Below, piece after piece: positions 20,645-32,743 of a stretch of 64,000 nt of DNA (positions are counted from its first letter, which is position 1; each line of letters starts with the position of its first letter). The notes under the pieces were generated by a model. That model saw only the letters and a program-made list of their open reading frames with translations, had not been told where the DNA came from and ran no database searches. The translations under genes were made by a program, and so were the position numbers. This stretch comes from Candidatus Bathyarchaeota archaeon (lineage in GTDB: Archaea > Thermoproteota > Bathyarchaeia > Bathyarchaeales > DTEX01): contig CAVQNT010000002.1 in NCBI GenBank assembly GCA_963714275.1, forward strand, positions 928,001-992,000, read 5' to 3'.

Positions 20645-21608
20645 TCATGTTTTTGTGTGTATTAAAAGTTTATGTAACTCTTCCCCGAAACCTTTTATTT
20701 GAACGAGGGTTCCTAGGCAGGTTGCTTCGTTTGAAAGATCTTTGAAGCACTTTGAGCATTGAGATATCTTTTTGAAGTTAAGGTTTCTCAACTTGTTCAT
20801 TAACTTGGATTGGTTGTAGATTGAATATAGCCGTTTTTCTCTCACGTTTCCTATGCAGAACTCTTTGAAGGCAAGTAAATGGCAAGGATAGACTGACCCT
20901 TCAGGATAGACGGTGAGAAACTTTCCTACGCCGCAGTTGAATTTATCCTTTGTCTCGCGCTTTAAATATAGCCCAAATGTTTCATACCAGAACTCCCCTA
21001 CAGTCCTTTCTACCTCTTCTGGGTTACATACAATTTTTTGATCTCTAGCCTTTCCTGCAAGCCTCAAAGGGGAGACATGGATCTTAAGGATCCCATTTCT
21101 GATCATGAAGTGCATAAAGTCTTTCAGATGTGGGAGGTTCAAGGAAGTAACAGTGATGAATGCCACAGGGTCTCCTCCAGCCTTCAGTATGTATCTAAAG
21201 GCATTTATTGCCCCCTCAAATGTTCCTTTGCCTCTTAATTTTTCGTTGACTTCTTCAAAGCCATCGATACTTATCCTTATCTCGTGAAAACTGTGAACCA
21301 GGTCACTTGCATTCTCTTCTTTTATCAAAGTGCCGTTCGTCGTCAAACACAGACTTTATGTCGTTTCCCGCATTCTTAAGTGATTGGGCAAGTTCCAGAA
21401 TGTCATTTCTGAGTAAAGGTTCGCCACCTGTGAAGATGATTCTCCTCGGGTTAAGCAGAGAGGCATCCCTGAGAACTGGAAACATCTCCTCTGTCGAGAG
21501 CTCTTTCTCGAAGGGCTCTCCAGCTGAGAAATAACAATAAACGCAGCGGAGATTGCAAGCCTTCGTGACATGAAGATAAACCGTGTCTAATGACCTGATA
21601 ACTTCCAC
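20645..21608 (-). CDS. radical SAM/SPASM protein (frameshift near 21345)
   Basis: CNLRCVYC, FTGGEP, TTNG, C-G...G.VYPC...IGNV, CxxC. Confidence 0.9.
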
Positions 21609-23261
21609 GCCTCCTCGCTGAGGAATGCGGCGGGATCGTAAGGTGGATTCCCTCTACGTTTCAACTCGTTTGTCGCTATTTCCCTCTGAGACTCAAAACT
21701 TAGGTTGCCTTCGTCAAAAAAACTGCAAGACCAAGAAATTGTCACCTTAATATCTCTTCTCTGTGATATTTTATGCAAAATATTACTTGAGATCTGTGTA
21801 GGAATATTACAGAGTTCAAGAATTGCCTCCTTGTTCTCTTTCAAATCATAGTGGTAAGTTCCAGAGTCTTTACCTGTATCAATACGATCGGGTTTTTTGA
21901 TTCTTGGTACTTTAAGTATTAGAGCAGTATAGTCGCCAAAAAGAGTTCTCATTTTATCATACCAATCGCTAAAGAATCTATCAATGTTAGCCCATAAAGG
22001 ATATGGAAATTCAGAAAACAACCAATCTATAATTGCCTCTGCGCTTCGTAAGTCTCCTATTTTTCCAAGAGCAAATGCTACTGCTTGTCGAGTCCTCCAA
22101 TATTCCTCCCAAAGGTCCTCCTCTCCTTCTCTTGGTTTCCTTAGAACCTCAATGAGCGGTTCTACTGCTCTCGCATCGCCTATGTCTACAAGAATGCTTA
22201 TTGCTTCCAACCTGAGATCTTTATACTTTAAGGCTTGAATAAGTGGTTCAACAGCCGGCTTCCCTGTAATCTTAGTAAGGGCTCTATTCATTGTATCTAT
22301 GAAAATGCCTTTTTCGTAAGGCATAACTTGAATAATAGGTTCTATGGCTCTTGCATCTCCTATCTCCCCAAGGACCTCTGTTGCTTCCCTTCGAAAATTG
22401 CTGTATCTTAGGGCTTGGATGAGGGGTTCAACAGCTGGCTTTCCCAGTTCAGCCAGTAGTTCCCATTGCTTTTTCATAATTAGGTAATACGCTCTCTCCG
22501 TAGCGTCTTGTGGCTTCCAACCTATTTTATCGAGAGCTGCCTCTACATACCCTAAGGTTTCGATGGGTCGTATCGCCGGGTCACCTTCCTTAAATGTTTG
22601 AATAAGAGCTATCGCTGGTTTTCCAATTTTAACTCCTATCTTAACTAGAGCATCTATTACTACAAATCTTATTAATTTAAGGTGCTCAAGAGCCAAAATA
22701 AAATCTTCTTTCTTTAGTGAACGTGTGTCTCCCAAGGTTTTACTAAGGGATTCTACCGCTCTCGGATCACCCATCTCTCCAAGACCCTCAGCAGCCTTTT
22801 TCCGAACCTCCCAATTTTCGTCTTCTAGAGCTTGTATGAGGTAATCTACAGCCCTTTCGTCCCCTATCCTGCTGAGGGCATTCACAGTCAACAATCTGAC
22901 AATAGCAGATTTATTCCCCAAGGCTTGAATTAAAGCCTCAAAAGTCTGGTTTTCCGATTTTAGCAAGAGCTGAGGCTGCCTCTTTTGCAGCGATGTCGTC
23001 CCGCCTTAAAACATCAGCAAGTGGTTCTATGGCTTGCGTGTTGCCTATCTCACCAAGAGCAGTTGCAGCAATTATTCGTAAACGAGGATTTTCACCTTTT
23101 AGGATTTTAATGAGGTGCTCAACTGAGGGCTCTCCTATCCTGACAAGTGCTCTAGTTGCCGCACCTACTATTTCCAGATCCTTATATTCTAAAGCTTTTA
23201 CTAGACCATTAACATCTTTTGCCTTTTCCATCTTTTCAACATTAGGCTTGAATAACCACAT
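21587..23261 (-). CDS. HEAT/PBS-lyase repeat protein (frameshift near 22950)
   Basis: repeated ALGEIGD.RAVEPLI.AL. Confidence 0.9.
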
Positions 23262-23595
23262 TAGCCTGTATCCTTCCTAAAACCATAAGGACAAATTGCA
23301 CTTATTAGTATATTTCGCGCGAGCTATATTGCGTGTTTCTCGGGTGTGTGGATACATTGGTGCGTCTGAAGGGGTCAAGCCCTATTATGGCGAGACAACC
23401 TTTACCGGAGACTATCTTTATGAGAATCGGTTCTATATTACCCAAGGTTAGATGATTAGTACTAAATTCTAGGCTTCCAAGCTTCTCGTTCATCTCTTTG
23501 GAAATTCGCAAAAAGTAAAGCCTCTTTTTTCTTAAAACTTTAGAAAAGTCTTATAAATGCTCGGAAAATAGTTAGAGTAAATATATTTTTAGCTA

Positions 23596-24714
23596 GTGGA
23601 AAGAATGGGTGAAGAAGAGAAGAAGGGGTTCTTTTTCAAGATTCAAGAGAAATATGAGTCGTACAAGAAGGAAGTCGAACAGAAACAGCAGGAGAGGTTA
23701 GAAAAAGAAAAGCAAAAAACTGTTAATGAAGTCAGCAAATGGATGAATGACTCTCTCAAAGACTTGGTCAGTCTGCCTACGGAATTTAAGCCCTTATCTG
23801 TCGGCGGCACTTTCGGCGTCGTTGGCGGATTCACAACTAAAGATAACGTGCCAGTAATCTCCTATATCACAATAAGATCTTATGAGAAACTGGTTTATCC
23901 AATGGATTATATTTTTGGAAGTTACGCAGAACGATCTGTTCCAACATCAATTATTGCAAAGAAGATTTCCACACGTTTTATGCGTTCAGAGAGGGTGTTA
24001 ATACCATTTGAGTCGCAACTTGGGGTAACGTTCGATGCCAAGGCAGTCTGGGAGAGAAAGACAGGCTGGAATCCATTGGTTGAGACAATGAACAATGATA
24101 AAGCCCTTATTTCAGCTCTAACATCATTGCCTAACCAATCTACTGTCTCCATTACTTCTAAGAGATATTTAACGTACAAGATCGATGATGCGAACGAAAA
24201 GAATCTTGAGTGTCAGTGTCAGATTATACCTTACGAGAACTTGGCATTCATCGGTATAAGGGCTATAGGACTTGTACGCAAGGATAATGTAAAGAATATT
24301 GTCAATTTGTTCAGAATCATGAGGGGCCACATATTGAGTTACGGACACACTGTGCCTACAAGTGGTCATGTCGCCCAAGACTGGATAAAGCTTCCCATTT
24401 TCATCATGAATGACTACTTTTTACCCGTGAAGCAGGCATTAACTGCAAAGCCTAAAGATAGAGAGGAAAAATCCGCTCAGGAAGTCTTGGATAGCGAGCG
24501 CACGCGCTTAAAACGGTTCTTGGTGCCAATAGAAGCTTATAAAAAAGCTTTCGTTGGAGAGAAGAAAGGAAGCTTTTCTTATCTTGTTGACGCAGAGAAC
24601 CCTGAAGAAGCGAAGAAGAAAGTAATCGAAATGTTCAATGAGAAGCAGGTTCCTGAAGGGTTCTCCGTTAGAAATATATCAGATCCAACTGACATGACAG
24701 ACTATTGGGGCTGA
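23596..24714 (+). CDS. hypothetical protein
   Basis: 372-aa ORF with N-terminal coiled coil. Confidence 0.7.
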   Translation: MERMGEEEKKGFFFKIQEKYESYKKEVEQKQQERLEKEKQKTVNEVSKWMNDSLKDLVSLPTEFKPLSVGGTFGVVGGFTTKDNVPVISYITIRSYEKLVYPMDYIFGSYAERSVPTSIIAKKISTRFMRSERVLIPFESQLGVTFDAKAVWERKTGWNPLVETMNNDKALISALTSLPNQSTVSITSKRYLTYKIDDANEKNLECQCQIIPYENLAFIGIRAIGLVRKDNVKNIVNLFRIMRGHILSYGHTVPTSGHVAQDWIKLPIFIMNDYFLPVKQALTAKPKDREEKSAQEVLDSERTRLKRFLVPIEAYKKAFVGEKKGSFSYLVDAENPEEAKKKVIEMFNEKQVPEGFSVRNISDPTDMTDYWG

Positions 24715-24993
24715 CGTCAGCAAGCAATATCCCTTAGGAATGTTGCTTCGACCAATATTGATTGAAAAAAGGTAGCTAGCCTAGAGTGCTACACCATTTA
24801 ACAAGCACTATTATAGCGCGCGTCATCTCAATTTTAGATTCGATTCTTTAAGAGTTAAAATAAAAAAAAGGAAAAAAAAGACAATGTTATTCGGTGTATA
24901 GTTTGGAGGAAATAGATGAGGCTTTTAACTGGCTTGTGCTGATTCTTGGCACGCTGGCTGCGACTTTGATTGAATCTATACATACCTATTTAG

Positions 24994-25602
24994 ATGAAAG
25001 GAGGTGTAAAAATGGGTCTATTTAAAAGGTTTACAAAGCCATCTAAAAAAGAGGCAGAAGAACATGATTTCAACCATTTAATTGATATTCTTTTGCATGA
25101 TGAGAGCGTTGAGAAAAGGTACGATGCTGCCGTAAGACTTGGCAGCCTACATGATGCCCGAGCTGTTCCAGCTCTAATTCAAGCATTCGGAGATGGCGGA
25201 TCAATACATATCAAAGGTGTCGCTGTTGTATATGTTAGTGTAGCAGCGGTAGAAGCGTTAGGCGAAATCGGAGGTCCAGAAGCAACTCAAGTACTGAGTA
25301 AGGTGCTTCGAGTAAGCTCTAGTGGTATGTCATTCGCAGCAAAGAAAGCACTCAAAAAGCTCGGTGCCACAGACATACTCAGAAAATATGCTCCATTTTC
25401 TAATCAGTCTTGGGAGGCCATAACATTAGATGAAAGCGGAAATACTTATCGTGGATATGGTGTTCAAGGGCGGCAAGAGAGTCTTCAAAAGCTCACTGGA
25501 CCTGGGGATTATGTCCTCCTAGAGTGCTCCATCGCCGATATCTACGAGGAGAAAGGTGAAAGGAAGGCTTTACCCGATGGTGCTCCCCGTCCGTATAAAT
25601 AG
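24994..25602 (+). CDS. HEAT-repeat protein (probably extends to ~25842 via a frameshift)
   Basis: RYDAAVRLG..DARAVPALIQA; AVEALGEIG. Confidence 0.75.
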   Translation: MKGGVKMGLFKRFTKPSKKEAEEHDFNHLIDILLHDESVEKRYDAAVRLGSLHDARAVPALIQAFGDGGSIHIKGVAVVYVSVAAVEALGEIGGPEATQVLSKVLRVSSSGMSFAAKKALKKLGATDILRKYAPFSNQSWEAITLDESGNTYRGYGVQGRQESLQKLTGPGDYVLLECSIADIYEEKGERKALPDGAPRPYK

Positions 25603-25909
25603 GTTGGGAAGGTACTTATTGAGGCTGAAACGCCTTATCCGAAATCATCTCTAACCAATGGGTTAGTTAGTTTAGAAGCACGCAGACTACATCTCGACCA
25701 TGCCTTTAATGAGGAGATTTCAGTGATAGACTTGGCTGGCGACCCCGTAGAGTTGCTTTCAGTTCAGAAGAAAGCCTTTGTGGACTTTTCAAGAGTAGAT
25801 ACCTCTGGTTTAGAACAACTAAAGAACTTGATGATTTTCTGAGTCGCGATCTAGCTCAGCTAAACTTTCAGACTCTTTCTTAACCAGCACTGTCTCATGT
25901 TCAATCTAG

Positions 25910-26596
25910 CTAGGCTTTTTTTCGAGAATATTCAGCTTCTGCTTTTCCTTTTCGGAAAATGTGGTTTCCTATAAGCACTATTAGTGCACATGTTAGGGAA
26001 ATAACAGTGTAAGCAGGAATTCCCTGCGTAACCATTCCCCAAAAGTAAAATATGAAAAGAAGGAGCCCAGCAAGCATAATATATACCCCAAAGATTCTTA
26101 GAGCCATGGGAAAAACTCTTTCAAAAAATGGAAAGGTCTTTCCAAGTAACATTTGAAATCCAATGATAAACAGCATCAAGCTTGGTATACAGAAAACAGC
26201 AGTACTTATAGAATATAGTATGAAAGGTGGTAAAAAAGAGTTTTTTATCATCGAGTAAAAAACAATAAGTAGGATAATGCCAATCAGTAAAGCAATTAAT
26301 CCATAAAATTTTTCTTTTCCTGTAGACTCATCGTAGGACTGGGTTCCAGGATGTAAAGGAGCAACCTTGGATTTCCTCAGGCTTCTATAGCCAAAATATA
26401 TTATTGCGATTGAAGGGATTAGCCCAAACGCAATTACCAGAGCTATCACTAAGGCTGGATCAACGCCTTGAGGTACAGTTGCCATCATGGGGTATAAACC
26501 AGCAAGAACACTTACCAACCAATATATTCCAATGATGAACAGAAGGATGGCAATCGCCTTCCCTTTATTCATGATTAATCCAATCCTCCTTCTCAA
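25910..26596 (-). CDS. multi-pass membrane protein
   Basis: about 6 TM helices. Confidence 0.7.
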   Translation of the reverse strand: MRRRIGLIMNKGKAIAILLFIIGIYWLVSVLAGLYPMMATVPQGVDPALVIALVIAFGLIPSIAIIYFGYRSLRKSKVAPLHPGTQSYDESTGKEKFYGLIALLIGIILLIVFYSMIKNSFLPPFILYSISTAVFCIPSLMLFIIGFQMLLGKTFPFFERVFPMALRIFGVYIMLAGLLLFIFYFWGMVTQGIPAYTVISLTCALIVLIGNHIFRKGKAEAEYSRKKA

Positions 26597-26742
26597 AACA
26601 CAATTATAATCGATTTAATTTAAGGATCTGCCATTTTTATCGTTTCTGGTATAGCTAGCTGACTTAATAGCACAGATTATTTTCTGATGCTTGTGGCCCA
26701 AGCTGCAATTTCATGTTTCATTTGAAATCTGATATTGCGCAG

Positions 26743-27051
26743 TTATCCTCTCCACTCACCAATTCCATCCCAAGCGTGGTCGAGATAACGGCCTGTGAGA
26801 TGCCCCTTCTTATAGACTCGGTCATATACCTTCCGCATCAGGTTCATGCCGCCCTTTTCGTTTAGTTCTTCGCCGAACTTGAATAATTGGTTGTCAATTG
26901 CTTTCCACTCATTGTTCAGCGGGGTTCCCACCTTCGTGGCATTCAAATAGTCCTCTGCACAAATCTGGTCTATCCTATTAAGCAGTCGGATAATCTCGTC
27001 TACCATCCTCTCATTAACGGGAGGACCGAACAAACGACCTAGAAAACCCAT
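26743..27051 (-). CDS. hypothetical protein
   Basis: GEELNEKGG..LM...LDHAWDGIGEW. Confidence 0.7.
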   Translation of the reverse strand: MGFLGRLFGPPVNERMVDEIIRLLNRIDQICAEDYLNATKVGTPLNNEWKAIDNQLFKFGEELNEKGGMNLMRKVYDRVYKKGHLTGRYLDHAWDGIGEWRG

Positions 27052-27280
27052 TTCTTAAACACCAAGATTGATCAATATCAATCTTATTACTTAAGACTAT
27101 TTTGTGATTATCGCGCGCAAAGAAGAGCCCTCATAATTTCGATCAACGTTAAAAACATTTAAAGAAGTATGAATACTAGGCAATAGGAGAAATAGGTGGA
27201 TTGTTTTTGGAAAAAAGAAAATGTCTGCTTCAAGGAAACCATCTTAGGAATAGCTCACTCGCTTTAACGTAGAAGGTTGA

Positions 27281-29594
27281 GTGTGTTTACTAATGGGCAA
27301 GATAGTTTTAAAGCTAGTTTCCGCAATCATATTCTTACTTGCTTTATCGCCTTTCTTTTTGATGTTGGCTTCAGCTTCTCCTGATGTTGTAGTTATTAAT
27401 CCAACGGTTGTGACGGTTGAGCTGATAGCAGACTCCTATGTTAACAGTACCGATCCTGACGTGAATTATGGAGAAAATACACGCTTGAGTGTAGGGTCCG
27501 AAAAAATCACGTATTTAATGTTTGGACTGCCTGATCTTCCATTGAACGTTTCTATTGGGGAGGCAAGGCTAGAGCTGTATGCATCGAGTGGATCAACGTC
27601 AGGGTATATTGATGTTTATCATTGCCCTGATAATTCTTGGATTGAGAGCGGCATTACGTGGAACAACAGACCCAGCTACGATCCTGAAAGGATAGACAGG
27701 ATTGACCCAAGTGCCTGGACAGGGTGGGAAAATCCGTGGCATGTAACTGAAGTTGTACAAACGTGTTACTGGGAGGGCGACATGAAACTTACGCTGGTAA
27801 TCGTCTCCTCAAATGCTTGGGCTTATTATAACTCGCGAGAATCATATAATAAACCGCGTTTAATAATCAGTTACTTAACGCCTCCGACCTATACAGTTCA
27901 TGTCGAGTCAACTGATGAAACTGGCAGGACCTCTAATGAAGGCTCTATAACTATTTCAGGTCAATATTGCTCCCTTCCGAATGAAGTACTTGTAAAGCCT
28001 GGAAGTCTATCCGCTAGAGTTTTTTGGCGATTATGAATTTGTTAGGTGGGAAACAGACGGGGCAATCAGCGTTGCAAGCGCAACAGCGGAGGTAACTGAT
28101 GTCGAGATTCAAGGCGCAGGCTTGATTAGAGCTGTCGGAAGAAGCGCAGAACTCGCCCTTGAATCGGTCCAAAATACGGGCACCACGTCGAACATGGGCT
28201 ACATAATTATTGAAGATGAAATCTATGCAGAACGTTACTTCCTGCCGCAAAACATTCCGTTGATCAAGCCTGGAACATATAATGTTTCTTATGAGGGCGG
28301 ATACTCATTCATTAGATGGGAGACTGTCGGCAACATATCCGTCTCAAATCCGACTCAGCCAACAACAACCGTAATGATTTCCGCTGGCAGCAGCACCCTT
28401 AGAGCGGTAGGAAGCGTGGAGATCATGGAGTATGCTTATGACGATGGCCAAACTGGAACATATAACTATGAAAGTGGAGATGCAGGATCGATGTATGCGG
28501 TAAGGTTCACTCCCCTCTTTTCAGGAAAGCTGCTAAATGCTCGTTTCTACATTGTTACGGAACCAAACATCTTCAAGATTCATATAATGGACGAGAATAG
28601 AAACCAAATAATTGCTCCCTTCACATGCAATCCTGCCGCCGACGGTTGGTTCGTTGTTGATCTTTCCACCTTCAACATTCATGTAGAGGCAAGAAAAGAT
28701 TTCTACGTCGGTGTTGAGTGGGTTCAGGAAGGAAAACCCAGCATAGGCTATGATGATGATGATTTGCCACGTGATGATAGAAGTTGGTTTTGGAACGGCA
28801 CAAGCTGGGACCAATATCCTGTATACCACGACCTTATGATACGAGCTCAAATTGAAACAACCATGTATCCCAGTCAGATCACATGTTCCCTTAATCTAGT
28901 TTCAATGGCCTACAAGGAAGAGACTGAAATCTCCGGTTCAATATATCCTTTAAACCTAGAAACAGCAGAAGGCCTTGTGACGCTTCAATACGGTTCTTTT
29001 TCTCAATACGGTTCTGACGGCGTTTCATGGTTCAACATTACAACCGTCTCTTGTGCTTCATCAAGCTATTCTTATTCTTGGAGACCAACATTGCCAGTCG
29101 GAAGCTGATCTTATAGAGCTGCTTGGCAAGGATCTGAAACATATTTCGGATCTAAAAGTGAAACTCAGGAACTAGCCATAGTAAAGGCATACTCAACTTT
29201 GACCTGTTCGTTCGACGTCGAAAAAAAAGAGATTAACGAGGATGTAACCGTATCTGGGCAGATCAATCCCGTGATTAGGAACACAGAAATAATCTTGATG
29301 TTTACCAATCCGGAAGGGGTTCAATCTAACCAAACGGTTTGGACATCATCAGACGGTCGCTTCGACACCACTATGGCACCTAACAAGGAGGGAACATGGA
29401 ATGTGAAGGCCTACTGGGCTGGAGACGAAAACTATCATAGTGCCGAAAGCTCGATTTCTGAACTGGACGTTGCACTTCCTTTCCCTTATTGGATTATAGG
29501 TCTAGCCTTCATGGTTGTCATGGCAGGACTAATAATATTCTTCATATACAGAAGAAAGAGAAAAAGATCAATTCCAATGCCCCTCATTCGTTAA
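27281..29594 (+). CDS. surface protein with DNRLRE-type domain, Ig-like repeats and C-terminal TM (split into 3 ORFs)
   Basis: ADSYV...PD.NYG, W.E.GITWNNRP, SRE..KPRL; C-terminal TM plus RRKRK. Confidence 0.8.
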
Positions 29595-29701
29595 CATCCT
29601 ACAAAATGGCAAGGTTTTAGTAGTTCGACTTGCACCTGCATAAAAACGTTTAGCGCGCGTGCTATTAGTCGACTCATCTTTTATTCAAGTAACTTTATGC
29701 T

Positions 29702-30130
29702 TTAGAAGTCTTTAGGATGCACTCTTTGGATTAAGTCTACTTTGTCGTATTCTTTGTCCTCGCTGACTATTTTTGCTAAGTCGTGTTCAAGCATTGTTGC
29801 CACATTTATTGCGTCTTTAGGTCGTTTCAGCGGTGTGATCTCCATGATCTCAAGTGCGTGTTCAAAAGTGGCTGGTTTAATTTCATATTTCATAATTTTA
29901 GTCATTTTTAGATAGTCATAAGTGACACGGATGGCTGTTGATGGGGAGGTAAGCTTGGATAGAATGAAAAGGGTCTCTTCCAAGGTTTCTAGGCTGATAG
30001 CAGCGTTTACCTCTCCCTTTGCGGCTTTACTTATGATATTTAGGCATTCTTTGTGGTATTCTGCACTCTTGTCTATAGCGTGTATGAGTGTTGTAGAATC
30101 TAGGAAATAGGTGGGTTCATTTCGGTTCAA
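29702..30130 (-). CDS. vapC: PIN-domain toxin
   Basis: FLDST, E, DAINVAT, SEDKEYD. Confidence 0.85.
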   Translation of the reverse strand: MNRNEPTYFLDSTTLIHAIDKSAEYHKECLNIISKAAKGEVNAAISLETLEETLFILSKLTSPSTAIRVTYDYLKMTKIMKYEIKPATFEHALEIMEITPLKRPKDAINVATMLEHDLAKIVSEDKEYDKVDLIQRVHPKDF

Positions 30131-30146
30131 GGAGTGCGACCCAGTC

Positions 30147-30419
30147 TTATTTTATAAGAAACTCTTTTAATCTTTCCTCATCTGCCTTCTTTTTTAACTC
30201 TTCTGCGGATAGTCCTATTGATATTGTTTTTGATAGCTCGGTTAAGTCCTGTAGGGGGTCCTCGGAAACTTTGCGAAGGCGTATGCTTATTTCCTTGCCT
30301 CTTGCGATTATGATGGCTTCGTCTCCTGTGCGAACGTCGTGGGCTTCACGCAGTTGTTTAGGCAATACGATTCTTCCTTGCCTCCCAACCCTTACCTTAT
30401 ATATTGATGTCATAATCAA
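30147..30419 (-). CDS. AbrB-type antitoxin
   Basis: RVGRQGRIVLPKQLRE...GD. Confidence 0.85.
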   Translation of the reverse strand: MIMTSIYKVRVGRQGRIVLPKQLREAHDVRTGDEAIIIARGKEISIRLRKVSEDPLQDLTELSKTISIGLSAEELKKKADEERLKEFLIK

Positions 30420-30628
30420 TCCTCTGTGTCCATAATAAATCTAGTGGCATTATTTAAGGTTAGTGGTAATAAACTTTATAACTAGCTAGCAAAGACGCAA
30501 GCCATAAAGGGCCAACTGAAAATATTCCAAGTCTAGCTGGCTAATGGCCCTATGTAAGGGCGCGCTAAAATGTAGTTATTTTTTTATTCTAAGGAGATGA
30601 TAATGATAAAGATATAGGAGTTGATTAA

Positions 30629-31045
30629 ATGTCTGAGAAAAAACCTGACATTAGAGTTGGCTTTAAAAAAGAAATTATAGTTGTGGATAAGCTTCCGAAG
30701 CCGACCTTGCCATATTCTAATTGTGTAAAAGCTGGAAATCTCTTATTCGTTGCAGGACAGGTTGGAATAGACCCAGCAAACAATCAGTTAAAAGGCAGTT
30801 CAATTAGAGAGCAGGTAGATCAGGCTCTAAAAAACATGTCCAACATCCTTAAAGTTGCTGGAAGTTCCATGGAACATGTTGTCAAGACAACAGTATTCAT
30901 ATCAGACTTTGGAGATTTTGATGAAATGAACAAGATTTACTCGAAATATTTCCAAACCAATCAACCTGCACGCAGCACGGTTCAGGTCATCCTTTATAAC
31001 GGATTCAAAGTCGAAATCGAAGCTATAGCAATAATCCCTTCATAA
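30629..31045 (+). CDS. ridA: RidA/YjgF family deaminase
   Basis: PYS...GNLLFVAGQ, VVKTTVF, PARS, VEIEAIA. Confidence 0.92.
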   Translation: MSEKKPDIRVGFKKEIIVVDKLPKPTLPYSNCVKAGNLLFVAGQVGIDPANNQLKGSSIREQVDQALKNMSNILKVAGSSMEHVVKTTVFISDFGDFDEMNKIYSKYFQTNQPARSTVQVILYNGFKVEIEAIAIIPS

Positions 31046-31569
31046 AACATGTGTTGTTCAAATCTATAAAAAAAGATGCCCAAATGAGTAAACCCTAGGT
31101 CATTTATTAGAGATAATAGGGGTGAAATTTACTTTATTAGTCTTTTAACCATCAAATTGATTGATAAAATGAAGAAAACGAACGTAACAGCCACCAGCTA
31201 TAAGAATCTAAGAAGCATTGAAAGATCAGGCATGGTTGTGCCCAACAAATGATTAATTCATATGATTTCTCTTCCTTCAATTGTAGGACAGCGGTGAATG
31301 CTATTTTATGATAAGTCTGTTTCAGTCTGTTTTTTTTAAACAGGGTTTGAATTTGGCTTATCTCACGTATACAGAAGGTTGCAGAAGGCTACAAAAGGTG
31401 TTAGAAGTACAGGGAAGGCTGGTTGAAACATGCCCTTAACTGAAACTGTAGCTAGCTCAGCTGGTTTATTTTTGAGTCTTTAGTATTGAGTGGTGGCGAA
31501 ATGTGATAGTTTTTCCGACATATTTATTAATGTAAGATGCTTTATACTTTGTAAGGCGGAATTGGCTTT

Positions 31570-31828
31570 GGTGGAAACTGTAACAGTCAGTTCGAAGGGT
31601 CAAGTAACGATTCCCTCAAGGTTGAGAAGGGAACTGAGGATAGTGAAAGGTGAGAAATTCTTAATTGTTCGCGAGGGCGACGTGATTAAAATGATTCCAA
31701 TGCCCAAATTGTCGAATTTAGCGGGTGTAGATAAAGAAGTGTTCAAGGGTAGAAAGCCTTCTGAGGAAATTGAAACCATGAGAAAGGAGTGGACTATGGA
31801 ATTTGAAAAACGAATCCATCAAGCCTAA
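31570..31828 (+). CDS. AbrB-type antitoxin
   Basis: VTVSSKGQVTIPSRLRRELRI..G. Confidence 0.85.
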
Positions 31829-32246
31829 GATTGTTTTGGACACGAAGCCTTTGATTAAGCTCTTTGCACAGGAGGAAGGTTGGGACGCGGTTCAGAAAAT
31901 CTTGTCTCGGGTTGAAGCTGGAGATTTAGAGGCAGCGATAAGCGTGGTTACGCTAACCGAAATCTATTACAAGTATATGAAGGAAAAAAGGGCAGATCTG
32001 GCTGAAGCCAGAATGAACCAACTAAGGTACGCTTTGTATCTTAGGAAAGTTGGGATAAATGAGGATGTTGCAGTTAAGGCTGGCGATTTCAAAGGTAGAT
32101 ATGATATTTCGATAGCTGATGCTTTCATAGCAGCCACTGCGTATTTTGAGGAGTCAACCATAATTAGCGATGACCCTGATTTTGAAAAAATGCTAGAAGT
32201 CAAAACACTAACTGAAAAGCACTTTGCGCACATGTTAAAACAATGA
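31803..32246 (+). CDS. vapC: PIN-domain toxin
   Basis: VLDT, TLTEIYY, IADAFIAATA, SDDPDF. Confidence 0.9.
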   Translation: MKNESIKPKIVLDTKPLIKLFAQEEGWDAVQKILSRVEAGDLEAAISVVTLTEIYYKYMKEKRADLAEARMNQLRYALYLRKVGINEDVAVKAGDFKGRYDISIADAFIAATAYFEESTIISDDPDFEKMLEVKTLTEKHFAHMLKQ

Positions 32247-32330
32247 AACTATAGTGCAATTCGAAAATTATGGTTTTTTGTTCAGAAGAAAAGTGAAGGT
32301 TATCCATGATTGTCTATGTTGGCTAGCTAG

Positions 32331-32444
32331 ATTCTTATATTTAGGAGCCATCCTATGTCTTGGCTCCACCATATTAGGTAGATCTCTTTGAATCCATTTC
32401 GCAGGATAACTTCAACGGCTTTCGTTAGGTTCATAGTGTAATAG
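32331..32444. repeat. gene fragment duplicated at 47609-47722 (its first ~24 bp also at 3043-3066)
   Basis: ATTCTTATATTT..G..CCATCCTATGTCTTGGCTCCACCATATT shared. Confidence 0.85.
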
Positions 32445-32743
32445 TGAGCTAGCTATCCTAAACCAACTTTAACGCGTTCAACGTGGTATAAAATTCTGAT
32501 TTTTTAAGAAGAATGTTTCTGAATTTTCAAAATAGAAAAAATTGTTATCAGAAAAATATGTTCTGTAATTTAGTTACTTATTATTCTAAATATTAAATAT
32601 AAATATGTTGTATGTTTAGGTGAATGACTTGCGAAAGCATTCATTACCATATTTATTAATTTTAGCTAGATAGCTGTTCTAAGCCCTTTTTCATGCGGAC
32701 TGTGTGCTAAAGCAATGATCCTATATTATTCAACTTTACCTTT

